Assembly (NCBI GenBank): GCA_038104255.1
Contig: JAYOAM010000003.1
Location: forward strand, 36,024-100,023
Length of the DNA: 64,000 nucleotides
Direction of reading: 5' to 3'
From: Flavobacterium sp.
GTDB lineage: Bacteria; Bacteroidota; Bacteroidia; Flavobacteriales; Flavobacteriaceae
A model generated the notes under the pieces. The model saw only the letters and a list, made by a program, of their open reading frames with translations, did not search any database and was not told where the DNA came from. The position numbers and the translations under genes were made by a program. This document shows, one piece after another, positions 8,740 to 18,271 of the stretch. Positions within the stretch are counted from its first letter, which is position 1. Every line of letters begins with the position of its first letter.

Positions 8740-9678
8740 TTGAAAAAAAAATATTTTCTTGTTCTATTCATCATTTGTTTTGTAGGATGTAGTTCTAATC
8801 ATGAATCTCAAGAAATCACAAAACAATACATAACAATTTTAGGAACGGCCCAAGATGGTGGTTTTCCGCATATTGGTTGTCAAAAAAAGTGTTGTGATGA
8901 TTTCTATAAAGGCATTTCACCGAAGCAAAAAGTAGTCTCTTTGGGATTAATAGATAGGGAGGCTCAACAAAAATTTTTATTTGAGGCAACTCCAGACATT
9001 TCTACTCAATTAGCAGATTTAGAAAATAACCATTTCAAAACCAATACCATTATAAATGGTGTATTTATTACCCATGCACACATAGGACATTATGCTGGAT
9101 TACTATATTTTGGAAAGGAGGCACTTGGCAAAAAAGATACCCGAGTGTATGCAATGCCAAAAATGAAAGGATTTTTAGAAAATAACGGTCCTTGGAGTCA
9201 ATTAGTAACAGATCAAAATATTGTATTCTCAGACTTAAAAAAAGATACTGTTATTCAACTTAATCATTCTTTAAAAGTTACTCCTTTTCTTGTTCCTCAC
9301 AGAGATGAATTTTCAGAAACTGTGGGGTATAAAATTGAAGGAAAAAACAAATCAGCTCTGTTTATCCCAGATATAAATAAATGGAGTTTGTGGGAAAAAA
9401 ATATTGTAGAAGAAGTAAAAAAAGTTGATTATGCATTCTTAGATGCAACCTTTTTTAAAGAGGGGGAAATTAATAGACCTATGAGCGAAGTACCTCACCC
9501 TTTTATTGTAGAAACAGTTGACTTATTTAAAAACGAATCGTTAACAACTAAAAATAAAGTAATTTTTATTCATTTTAATCATACCAATCCTGCTTTACAA
9601 CCTAATTCTAAAGAAAGAAATGAATTAACTTTATTAGGTTATAAGTTTGCAACAGAGGGAGAGAGGTTTGAACTTTAA
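8740..9678 (+). CDS. MBL-fold metallo-hydrolase, PqqB-like, lipoprotein
   Basis: ILGTAQDGGFPHIGC (PqqB-type N-terminus), THAHIGHY, VPHRDE, DATFF and HFNHTNP; lipobox FVGC. Confidence 0.8.
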   Translation: MKKKYFLVLFIICFVGCSSNHESQEITKQYITILGTAQDGGFPHIGCQKKCCDDFYKGISPKQKVVSLGLIDREAQQKFLFEATPDISTQLADLENNHFKTNTIINGVFITHAHIGHYAGLLYFGKEALGKKDTRVYAMPKMKGFLENNGPWSQLVTDQNIVFSDLKKDTVIQLNHSLKVTPFLVPHRDEFSETVGYKIEGKNKSALFIPDINKWSLWEKNIVEEVKKVDYAFLDATFFKEGEINRPMSEVPHPFIVETVDLFKNESLTTKNKVIFIHFNHTNPALQPNSKERNELTLLGYKFATEGERFEL

Positions 9679-9688
9679 GCGCTAATAA

Positions 9689-10075
9689 TTATTTTTTCAA
9701 AATTGAACCAATATTTGGTTTAAAGTAATTAGGTCCTTTTAAAACTTTACCATCTTCACGAAAAATCGGATGCCCGTCTTCTCCTAATTTACTCATATTA
9801 CTACGCTGAATTTCATCAAAAACCTCAGCAATCTTGTATTGCATTCCATGCTCTATGATGGTTCCTGCCAAAATATATAACATATCTCCTAAAGCATCTG
9901 CAACCTCCACTAAATCATTTGCATTAGCCGCTTCAAGATATTCTTCATTTTCTTCTTTCATCAAATTAAAACGAAGTAAATTTTTTGCTTCTCCAAGGTC
10001 TGCTGTTGGTTCATTTTTAATCCCAAGCTTAAATGCTGAGTGGAATTCGTGGACTGCATCTGTGTATTTTTTCAT
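9689..10075 (-). CDS. Nucleoside triphosphate pyrophosphohydrolase (MazG/PRA-PH-like)
   Basis: LMKEENEEYLEA, EVADALGDMLY, EIQRSNMSKLG and DGKVLKGPNY motifs. Confidence 0.9.
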   Translation of the reverse strand: MKKYTDAVHEFHSAFKLGIKNEPTADLGEAKNLLRFNLMKEENEEYLEAANANDLVEVADALGDMLYILAGTIIEHGMQYKIAEVFDEIQRSNMSKLGEDGHPIFREDGKVLKGPNYFKPNIGSILKK

Positions 10076-10086
10076 ATAACTATATC

Positions 10087-10767
10087 TTATTTAATTCCTA
10101 ATTCTGATTGTATTTTATCAAAGTTAAACTCACTCCAATCTGTGATATAACTTTTAATTTTTTCTTGTTGGAAATAAGCGAGACTGTTTTTTCTAATCCC
10201 TAAAAAGTGAATGCCTAAATTTCGAGCTGTCTTTAAATCCCATATCCCGTCTCCCACAGAAATAATATGCTCAAAAGTAGTAACTTGAAAATAATTTTTT
10301 GCTTTTTCAATAGCTGATTTTACAATATTTTCTCTGGTGAAAATGGTATTAGATGCCTCTATCAAATCTGGAATAAAATTAATTTCGGCTTGTTCTAATT
10401 TCAACAATGCTGGGGCAAGTAATGAACCTGTAGCAAAGCAAATCGCATAATCTGTATCCCTCATAAAAAAATTTAAAGCTGTATTTGCACCTTTAATGGA
10501 TTCAGTTTTTTGAAATTGCAGCAAGTTAGTGGTCATTTTTTCTTCAAACTTAGGAATAAAAGAGAAGTCAAACTTCTTTTGAAAATTCATTTCATAATTT
10601 TCTTTTAGGATGAAACTATCAGTTACATTTTCATAACTCTTCCAATCTTGATTGATTTCTGATATTCCAAAATCTATCATAGTATCTACATAAGCTTTCT
10701 GATGCTGATATTCGCTTTTTGTTAACGTATCGTCAATATCAAAAACGATAAGATTCTTTTTCTTCAA
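10087..10767 (-). CDS. HAD family hydrolase
   Basis: FDIDDTL motif I, ATGS motif II, VGDGIWD motif IV. Confidence 0.85.
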   Translation of the reverse strand: MKKKNLIVFDIDDTLTKSEYQHQKAYVDTMIDFGISEINQDWKSYENVTDSFILKENYEMNFQKKFDFSFIPKFEEKMTTNLLQFQKTESIKGANTALNFFMRDTDYAICFATGSLLAPALLKLEQAEINFIPDLIEASNTIFTRENIVKSAIEKAKNYFQVTTFEHIISVGDGIWDLKTARNLGIHFLGIRKNSLAYFQQEKIKSYITDWSEFNFDKIQSELGIK

Positions 10768-10769
10768 TT

Positions 10770-11492
10770 CTATATCATTTTTTTAAGAAGTCTAGCTGGT
10801 GCCATTTTTAAAACTAGAGCAATTAATTTCCAACGTTTAGAAATATAAACTACTCTTTTTTTGTTTTTAATTGCTTTATAAATCTGTTTTACAGCCTTAT
10901 CTAAAGGAACCATCCAAAAAATTCCATCTCCTAATGCCATAGCAGTATCAACAAATCCAGGACGAACATCAGTAATAAACACTTTATTTGATTTGATTGT
11001 TTTTGTTTTCATATACAGACTCTCTAAATATGCTTTTTGATAAGCCTTTGATGAAAAATAGGCTGGTGCACCTCTATTTCCTCTAATGGAGGCTATTGAA
11101 GTGATCCCTAACAAATGACCAAATCCTTGATTTCTGAATAAATTAAATGATAAATCATATAACTTGGTAACACCTACCACATTAGTAAGTATAGTTTCTT
11201 CCTCTTTGTCCCAGTCTAATGTTGGATTAATATGGCCCACTCCTGAAGATTGGATAATGAGATCTATTGTACTGAATTCGTTAATAATTTTATTGAAAAC
11301 CTCTTCTACTTTATCAACTTTTTGAATGTCATTTTGAGCAATATATACTTGATCTGAATATTTACTTTTAAGTTCCTTTAACTTCTCGAGTCGTCTACCT
11401 GTAATGGCCACTTTATACCCATTATTAAGTAATAATTTTGAAATTTCTTTTCCAATACCAGAAGTTGCTCCAAAAACAATAGCAGTTTTCAT
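10770..11492 (-). CDS. SDR family NAD(P)-dependent oxidoreductase
   Basis: GATSGIG Rossmann motif, YFSSK (YxxxK) and PGFVDT. Confidence 0.92.
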   Translation of the reverse strand: MKTAIVFGATSGIGKEISKLLLNNGYKVAITGRRLEKLKELKSKYSDQVYIAQNDIQKVDKVEEVFNKIINEFSTIDLIIQSSGVGHINPTLDWDKEEETILTNVVGVTKLYDLSFNLFRNQGFGHLLGITSIASIRGNRGAPAYFSSKAYQKAYLESLYMKTKTIKSNKVFITDVRPGFVDTAMALGDGIFWMVPLDKAVKQIYKAIKNKKRVVYISKRWKLIALVLKMAPARLLKKMI

Positions 11493-11525
11493 TTAATTTG
11501 TAATTTTGTTAAAAATACATAATTT

Positions 11526-11723
11526 ATGTTTACAAAGGGTCGAATCATTTTTGCTGTTATTTTTATTATAGCTTTTATCATTTTCATGGTAATTTCTTAC
11601 AAAAAGGATGCAAAAAACCATGAAGTTTATTACAAAAATGCGGCTATAAAAGTAGCTATTTATGGAACTATAGCCATTTTGATATTTGTTACTCTTAGAT
11701 TTATGACTGCTTATCTGTTGTAA
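11526..11723 (+). CDS. Small two-helix membrane protein, function unknown
   Basis: 65-aa ORF with two hydrophobic segments separated by a charged loop; divergent from the SDR gene. Confidence 0.7.
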   Translation: MFTKGRIIFAVIFIIAFIIFMVISYKKDAKNHEVYYKNAAIKVAIYGTIAILIFVTLRFMTAYLL

Positions 11724-11813
11724 AATAAAAAGCTACTTTACCAAAAAATATTCCAGTAAATCCTTAAAAAATTTTTGGAGTTTAAAACCCGTAATTTATT
11801 AGATAATTGTTTT

Positions 11814-12572
11814 TTAAGACTTCTGTTTACTTCGTATATACTTAACTCTTTTCCAGGTCTTTTTGTTTATTTGGGTATAGAGTACAAAACATCCAACATC
11901 TAATAAAAAATAAAATAAACTTATACCACTTGGTGGATTATGACTTTTCAACAGAGGAAAAAATCCAAAGGCAGTATCTGGCCATGACCAAACTTCATAA
12001 GCTGTTCCTCCTATTTCTAATACAGCAACAACAATATACATTGTTAAAAAAAATAATTGATCCTTTGGTCTTTTTAGTAATATTAAAAACATAAAAACAG
12101 TCATTGCAAAGCCAAAAATATCATTGAAAGCGATAAGGTAAAACAGGGCAAACAATGAGATAACTAAGGTCATTAATCTCACAATTGCTTTTTTGTTTTT
12201 CTTGACAACAGGGGCTTTAGAAAAAGTATAAGTTCTAGCATATACTGCTGCGTGTCCAAAAGGAACATAAATTGGCAGATTGGACAACCTGTAGGTATAC
12301 ATATCCAATACAATAGAAAATAAATATTCGCCTATAAAACCAATAATTACAGCATAAATCATTAAATGTCTGGTTCGCTTTACAGATCTTATGTATAATA
12401 AGAAGAAAGCGATTAACATAAAACAATTTGTAATGGTTTGAGCATTTGGATATAAGGCTGCAAAGCTTTTCCCGTCAAAATATAATGCAAATACAAATAA
12501 GAAAAGTAATCCTATTCTGCGATTAAAAACAGAAATAATTTTTAATCGATCAGCTTTTGATATTCCAATCAT
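11814..12572 (-). CDS. Hypothetical polytopic membrane protein
   Basis: Multiple TM segments; TAATG overlap with the upstream peptidase stop codon. Confidence 0.75.
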   Translation of the reverse strand: MIGISKADRLKIISVFNRRIGLLFLFVFALYFDGKSFAALYPNAQTITNCFMLIAFFLLYIRSVKRTRHLMIYAVIIGFIGEYLFSIVLDMYTYRLSNLPIYVPFGHAAVYARTYTFSKAPVVKKNKKAIVRLMTLVISLFALFYLIAFNDIFGFAMTVFMFLILLKRPKDQLFFLTMYIVVAVLEIGGTAYEVWSWPDTAFGFFPLLKSHNPPSGISLFYFLLDVGCFVLYTQINKKTWKRVKYIRSKQKS

Positions 12573-13891
12573 TAATTAACTTTAATTGGTTTAATTTCAA
12601 TTTGTCTTTCATTTACATATTCAAAAGTATTATCTCCAAAAAAACCAGCTTCCTCAAGCATTATTCGAATGTCTTTTTGCCATTCTGGTACAGTTACAGT
12701 AACATTTAACTCTATAGCATATGTAGTATTTTTATGTAAGGAATAATCTCCATTAAAAGGAACTCCTCCCTGAGAATCCCACATTCCTATGGTTGTTCCA
12801 GCACTATGACCGTATTTTCCAAGTGGATGTGTATAAATTGATGGACGTAATCCTTCATTTTTTGCTCTATTTAAAGAACTTAAAAGTATTTCATTCCCAG
12901 TTTTACCCTCTTGCATAGAACTTGTTAATATATCCTGCAAACGATTTCCTTTTTTATATGCTTTAGCTAAAAAATCGGGTACTGCTGTTTCATCATCTTT
13001 TAATACATATGCATGTTGCTGGCAATCTGTGTTCAAACCAATATATGTAATCCCAAAATCACAATGTAATAAATCTCCTTTTTGAATAATTTTATCTTTT
13101 TCTCCTTTAGTAAAAGAATAAATGTGAGATTTTAGTTTTTGATTACTTCTTTGTATGTCTATTGTAGGATGAAACCAAGTTTCTAAACCCATGTCAGTTA
13201 CTTTTTGTCGTAAATACCAAACAAGATCCTCTGTGGTAGTTTTTCCTGGTTCAATAACTTTTTCTGAAAACGTAATATCAATAATGTCGTGGGTTATTTT
13301 AACCAATTTTTTGAACAAAATCATTTCTTTTTCTGTTCTTGTCTCAAGCCAAGCAATAGCTAGTTTTTCTGCAGATACTAACCTTGAATTTAATGTGTCA
13401 GGCAAATTTTTTACTAATTCCTCATAATCTGTTTTTACTAAACCATCAGCTAAAGCAAAATGCTCAGAATAATTAATTCCAATTTTAGCTGGATTTCTTT
13501 TGGCTATAATATCAGATAATGCTTTCCATTGATTGGGTTCTTGCTCTTTGTTCCAGGCAGATTTAATGCTTTTACCAATATCATATCTGGCTACGGCTAT
13601 TCGCTCCAGAGTGTTTTGCTCTTTATTTCTATAAAAAAGAATAATCGTTCTTCGTCTAGCATTTAACCATCTGGCGGGTAGCATTGTTTTTAAAACTGGA
13701 TCTTCATTGTATTCTCTGGAAATAAGAAGCCACATGTCTAAATTGGATTCGTCCATTAATTGAGGAAGAAGGTTCTGAAACCTATCCTCCAATAATTCAT
13801 CTTTAAGTATTGCTCGATTTTTTTCTGAAAGAATTTGTGAAATACTGACTTGAATACTTAAAAAAAGTATCATTGATAATAGTGTTCTCAT
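12572..13891 (-). CDS. M24 family metallopeptidase (Xaa-Pro aminopeptidase-like), exported
   Basis: Signal peptide; HCDFG...DCQ (D, D), YTHPLGKYGH (H), AIEL and MLEE (E, E) pita-bread fold ligands. Confidence 0.88.
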   Translation of the reverse strand: MRTLLSMILFLSIQVSISQILSEKNRAILKDELLEDRFQNLLPQLMDESNLDMWLLISREYNEDPVLKTMLPARWLNARRRTIILFYRNKEQNTLERIAVARYDIGKSIKSAWNKEQEPNQWKALSDIIAKRNPAKIGINYSEHFALADGLVKTDYEELVKNLPDTLNSRLVSAEKLAIAWLETRTEKEMILFKKLVKITHDIIDITFSEKVIEPGKTTTEDLVWYLRQKVTDMGLETWFHPTIDIQRSNQKLKSHIYSFTKGEKDKIIQKGDLLHCDFGITYIGLNTDCQQHAYVLKDDETAVPDFLAKAYKKGNRLQDILTSSMQEGKTGNEILLSSLNRAKNEGLRPSIYTHPLGKYGHSAGTTIGMWDSQGGVPFNGDYSLHKNTTYAIELNVTVTVPEWQKDIRIMLEEAGFFGDNTFEYVNERQIEIKPIKVN

Positions 13892-13992
13892 ACGACGGTT
13901 ATATTTTTCCTAAAGATACTTTATCCCTTTAAAAATTTAAAATTTTGCAAAAAGAATCTTAGATTGAGTATATTTAAAGAAATATCATTTAA

Positions 13993-14421
13993 ATGAAATA
14001 TCTATTTCAATTTTTAGGAATCTCTATTTTAGGTATACTTCTATTTTCCTGTAGTACTTACACTTATAAAAATAGTAAAGAAAAACCTGTTGTGATTTCA
14101 AATGATAGTTTAGAATATGAAGTTGTCATCTTTGATATTGGTTTTACACTTTATTTAAACACCATAGCAAGACCTATGGGGTATTATTCTTTAAATTATT
14201 TAGAAAATAGAAATAATATTTATGTTACTATCTGGAACTCAAGAGTATTGAATCCCCCTAAATTTAAGCCTTCAATTTATCAAAATATTATAGATTATAA
14301 TCCGCAAATACGTTATGGTCTTGAAGTTAATTATAAATTATTCAACTATTTTCAGTTTGCACAACAGAAATATAAAATAAGATTGGATGGTGGCTTAGGG
14401 CCACCTTCAAAAATTAGATAA
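13993..14421 (+). CDS. DUF6146-like lipoprotein
   Basis: Lipobox LFSC; EYEVVIFDIGF and YGLEVNYKLFNYF motifs. Confidence 0.7.
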   Translation: MKYLFQFLGISILGILLFSCSTYTYKNSKEKPVVISNDSLEYEVVIFDIGFTLYLNTIARPMGYYSLNYLENRNNIYVTIWNSRVLNPPKFKPSIYQNIIDYNPQIRYGLEVNYKLFNYFQFAQQKYKIRLDGGLGPPSKIR

Positions 14422-14905
14422 TTTTCTTGTAACTGATAAAACTATAGGTGTAGTGATTTTTATCATCTGGCAAAAAAGTTTCTTCAGAAATTTCCTCCCA
14501 AACTGACTGGTCTATTGTTGGAAAAAAAACATCTGCTTCAAAATTTTGGTGAACTTTAGTGATATCTAATTGATCTACCAGTTGTTTTTCAATAGCCTCT
14601 TTATAAATTTGTGCCCCACCAATTATGAAAGCATTTTTTTGATCTTTTATCAAATTAATGGCCTCTTCAAGGCTATGGACAACATCACAACCCTCTTTTT
14701 TATAGGAGGTATTTCTTGTGATAATAATAGACCTTCTATTCGGAAGTGGTTTTCCAATCGATTCAAAAGTATTTCTGCCCATGATAATTGAATGACCTGA
14801 AGTTACCTTTTTAAAACGTTTTAAATCTGCAGGTAAGTACCAAATTAAATCATTGTCTTTACCTAGCTCATTATTTAATCCAATAGCAGCAATTATTATA
14901 ATCAT
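14414..14905 (-). CDS. folA: Dihydrofolate reductase
   Basis: IIAAIG...LIWYLPADLKRFK, IMGRNTFESIGKPLPNR and IIGGAQIY motifs. Confidence 0.97.
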   Translation of the reverse strand: MIIIIAAIGLNNELGKDNDLIWYLPADLKRFKKVTSGHSIIMGRNTFESIGKPLPNRRSIIITRNTSYKKEGCDVVHSLEEAINLIKDQKNAFIIGGAQIYKEAIEKQLVDQLDITKVHQNFEADVFFPTIDQSVWEEISEETFLPDDKNHYTYSFISYKKII

Positions 14906-14914
14906 AGCACTAAT

Positions 14915-15739
14915 TTATATAGCTACCGCCCCTTTAATGTGTGGATGTGGATTGTAATCTACCAACTCAAAATCCTCAAAAGTAAAATCAAAAATATTAT
15001 TAACTTCTGGGTTAATTTTCATGGTTGGTAATGGTCTGGCCTCTCTAGATAATTGAAGTTCTAATTGGTCGTAGTGATTACTATAAATATGAGCATCTCC
15101 AAATGTATGTACAAATTCTCCTGCTTCATAACCACATACTTGAGCAATCATCATAGTAAATAATGCATACGATGCAATATTGAAAGGCACACCTAAAAAG
15201 ATATCTGCACTTCTTTGGTACAACTGACAGGATAGTTTACCATTAGAAACATAGAATTGAAAAAATGCATGACATGGTGGTAGCGCTGCTTTTCCATTGG
15301 CTACATTTTCTGAGAAAGAAACCGAATTGTCAGGTAAAACACTGGGATTCCATGCAGAGATTAACATTCTTCTACTGTCTGGATTATTTTTTAGAGTTTT
15401 AATTACTTCTTTTAATTGATCAATATCATCACTATTCCAATTTCGCCATTGATGACCATAGACCGGTCCTAAATCTCCATTTTCATCTGCCCACTCGTTC
15501 CAAATTCTTACACCATTTTCCTGAAGGTATTTGATATTTGTATCACCTTTTATAAACCACAATAATTCATATACTATAGATTTTAAATGTAATTTTTTTG
15601 TGGTAACCATAGGAAAACCTTCACTCAAATCAAATCGCATCTGATACCCAAAAACACTTTTTGTCCCTGTGCCTGTTCTATCAGATTTCTCGTTTCCGTT
15701 TTCTAAAACGTGTTTTACTAAGTCATGGTATTGCTTCAT
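14915..15739 (-). CDS. thyA: Thymidylate synthase
   Basis: DRTGTGT, ALPPCH catalytic Cys, [14 protein letters not shown] and GDAHIY; uninterrupted. Confidence 0.98.
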   Translation of the reverse strand: MKQYHDLVKHVLENGNEKSDRTGTGTKSVFGYQMRFDLSEGFPMVTTKKLHLKSIVYELLWFIKGDTNIKYLQENGVRIWNEWADENGDLGPVYGHQWRNWNSDDIDQLKEVIKTLKNNPDSRRMLISAWNPSVLPDNSVSFSENVANGKAALPPCHAFFQFYVSNGKLSCQLYQRSADIFLGVPFNIASYALFTMMIAQVCGYEAGEFVHTFGDAHIYSNHYDQLELQLSREARPLPTMKINPEVNNIFDFTFEDFELVDYNPHPHIKGAVAI

Positions 15740-15769
15740 AATTGATTTATCTCTTAATGTATCAAAAAT

Positions 15770-15805
15770 AAATAAAGCTTCAATTTTTTTGAATTAAAGC
15801 TTCAT
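15770..15805 (-). terminator. Putative intrinsic terminator between the CNT transporter gene and thyA
   Basis: Minus strand GAAGCTTTAATT-caaaa-AATTGAAGCTTT (two G-U pairs) followed by a T-rich tract. Confidence 0.5.
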
Positions 15806-15841
15806 TTAATGTGATAAAGTTATCAACGATTTGTTTATAGA

Positions 15842-17569
15842 TTATCCAATAATCATTCCAGCAATGGTAGCAGACATTAATGAAGCTATTGTTCCGCCGA
15901 TGAGTGCTTTCATTCCAAACTCAGATAATACTTTTCTTTGCCCTGGTGCTAAAGAGCCTATACCACCAATTTGAATACCAATTGATGCAAAATTTGCAAA
16001 ACCACATAGCATGTAAGTGGCCATAATAACAGATTTATTGTATGTTAGATGAAGGCTATTAGCTACATTTTTAAGTTCTGCTAATTGAATATATCCTATA
16101 AATTCACTTGCAGCTAATTTAATTCCCAAAAGTTGACCCATAAGCGTCATATCTTCACTTGCAATACCAATTAACCACATTAACGGTGCAAATACGTAAC
16201 CAAGAATAAATTCTATTGAAAGGCCCTGATATAAAGTATTATTTGCAATAATTTCATTTAAAGAAGTCATTTCCCAATTGAAGTATGCTAAACCATCAAA
16301 ACTTCCAAAAAATCCTAAAACTCCATTAAGCATAGCAATTACTGCAACAAAAACTAATAGCATTGCTCCCACATTAACTGCTAACTTTAGCCCTTCTGTA
16401 GTCCCATTTGCAATGGCATCTAAAATGTTTGATCCTATTTTATCTTGGGAAACGGTTACATCTGTATTTACCTTTTGAGTTTGTGGATATAAAATTTTAG
16501 AAATTACAATAGCACCAGGTGCAGCCATTACTGAAGCTGCCAATAAGTGTTTGGCAAAAACCAATTCTAAGGCTTTATCACCTCCACCTAAAAATCCAAT
16601 GTAGGCTGCCAAAACAGCACCTGCAACTGTAGCCATTCCTCCTACCATTACCAAAAGCATTTCAGACTTATTCATTTTTTCTAAGTAGGCTTTAATCAAT
16701 AAAGGGGCTTCTGTTTGTCCAAGAAAAATATTACCTGCTACAGATAAACTTTCCATTCCTGAAATCCCTAAAAATTTTGATAAGATTTTTGCTAAAATTT
16801 TAACAAGCCATTGAATAACTCCAAGATAAAACAGCAACGATGTTAAAGCTGAGAAAAAGATAATAGTGGGCAATACTTGAAAAGCAAAAATATAACCAAA
16901 TTTGTCCATATCACTTATTATACCTGCAAATAAGAATTCACTACCTGCTTTTGTATATTCTAAGATTTCAATAAAAATACTTCCAATGAAATTAAAAATA
17001 GTTTGAATAAAATTTACTTTCAAAACACCAATGGCAATAATTAATTGAATCGATAAACCAATTCCTACCTTTTTCCAATCTACAGCTCTTCTATTGGCAC
17101 TAAATAAGAATGAAATAAATAACAAAACAAACATACCTAATATACCTCTCCATAGGCTATTCATTGAAAAACCTTTACTTGGTAGTATTTTATTTTCAGA
17201 AACTACAATTGTTTCAGACTTTATTGGTGAAGTAAAAGAATACAAGATCTGATTTTCAGATATGGTTAAAGTAGAATCTGTAAGATGAACAATATTATAA
17301 TTACGAATAGTGTCTTTAGGTAAGAAGTAATTGAAAGTTAAAAGATTATTATTAAGAGTATAGGTACCTTTAGCTTTAAGGCTATCCTTCGAAGCTAATG
17401 AATAAGTAAATATTTTATCTCTCAGCTTTAAAGAGTCATTTTTATTGATATCCAGAATAGAGACTCCATTATTATCCTTTATGGATTCAAATTTCCACTC
17501 TTTTTCAATGGTTTGAGCAACTGTGATTACTGATAAAAAAAATAGAATACAAAAAATATATTGTTTCAT
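15842..17569 (-). CDS. nupC: Concentrative nucleoside transporter (CNT/NupC family) with N-terminal exported domain
   Basis: FAFQVLPTIIFFSAL, NIFLGQTEAPL, GMATVAG and LCGFANFASIGIQIGG motifs; about 130-aa extra N-terminal domain. Confidence 0.9.
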   Translation of the reverse strand: MKQYIFCILFFLSVITVAQTIEKEWKFESIKDNNGVSILDINKNDSLKLRDKIFTYSLASKDSLKAKGTYTLNNNLLTFNYFLPKDTIRNYNIVHLTDSTLTISENQILYSFTSPIKSETIVVSENKILPSKGFSMNSLWRGILGMFVLLFISFLFSANRRAVDWKKVGIGLSIQLIIAIGVLKVNFIQTIFNFIGSIFIEILEYTKAGSEFLFAGIISDMDKFGYIFAFQVLPTIIFFSALTSLLFYLGVIQWLVKILAKILSKFLGISGMESLSVAGNIFLGQTEAPLLIKAYLEKMNKSEMLLVMVGGMATVAGAVLAAYIGFLGGGDKALELVFAKHLLAASVMAAPGAIVISKILYPQTQKVNTDVTVSQDKIGSNILDAIANGTTEGLKLAVNVGAMLLVFVAVIAMLNGVLGFFGSFDGLAYFNWEMTSLNEIIANNTLYQGLSIEFILGYVFAPLMWLIGIASEDMTLMGQLLGIKLAASEFIGYIQLAELKNVANSLHLTYNKSVIMATYMLCGFANFASIGIQIGGIGSLAPGQRKVLSEFGMKALIGGTIASLMSATIAGMIIG

Positions 17570-17572
17570 AAT

Positions 17573-18187
17573 TTATGATCGTTTACTAATTTCATCTCTA
17601 ACTTTTGCTGCAGTTTCATAATCTTCATTTGTGACAGCATTATTTAATTGTTCTTGAAGTTCCTTAATACTAAAAGCTGATAAATCAGATGAGGGTTTAG
17701 TAGAATCTGTTTCTTCTAAATTTACGTCAATAGTTTCCGGTTCTAGGATTTCCTTTATGGATATCTCTTCCTCTACTTTCAAGAAAATACCTGCCTTATC
17801 TAGTATATTTTCGTAAGTGTAAATTGGAGCTAAAAAACGAATAGCAATTGCAATCGCATCTGATGTTCTAGTGTCTATAATTTCTTCCACACCCTCTCTT
17901 TCACAAACTAAACTAGAAAAGAAAATTCCGTCAACTAACTTATGAATTATGATTTTTTTTACGGTAATATGAAATCTTTCTGAGAACGTTTTAAATAAGT
18001 CATGTGTGAGTGGTCTTGGAGGTCTAATCTCCTTTTCTAACGCGATTGCTATGGATTGAGCTTCAAAAGCTCCTATTATGATAGGTAAGGTTCGTTTTCC
18101 TTCCATTTCACTCAATACTAAAGCATAAGCTCCGCTCTGAGTTTGACTGTAGGAAATTCCCTTTATCGTTAATTTGATTAAACTCAT
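17573..18187 (-). CDS. Bifunctional nuclease family protein (DUF151) with C-terminal UVR motif
   Basis: LPIIIGAFEAQSIA, RPLTHDLF, DTRTSDAIAIA; C-terminal EDYETAAKVRDEI. Confidence 0.9.
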   Translation of the reverse strand: MSLIKLTIKGISYSQTQSGAYALVLSEMEGKRTLPIIIGAFEAQSIAIALEKEIRPPRPLTHDLFKTFSERFHITVKKIIIHKLVDGIFFSSLVCEREGVEEIIDTRTSDAIAIAIRFLAPIYTYENILDKAGIFLKVEEEISIKEILEPETIDVNLEETDSTKPSSDLSAFSIKELQEQLNNAVTNEDYETAAKVRDEISKRS

Positions 18188-18200
18188 GAATTTATATAAT

Positions 18201-18244
18201 AAAAAAGCTGTCTAATTTTTGGAAACTACCAAAAATTAGACAGC
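18201..18244 (-). terminator. Intrinsic terminator downstream of etfA
   Basis: Perfect 16-bp stem GCTGTCTAATTTTTGG/CCAAAAATTAGACAGC, 6-nt loop, T6 tail on the minus strand. Confidence 0.9.
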
Positions 18245-18271
18245 CCCTACTTGGGCACAATTTACTAAAAA

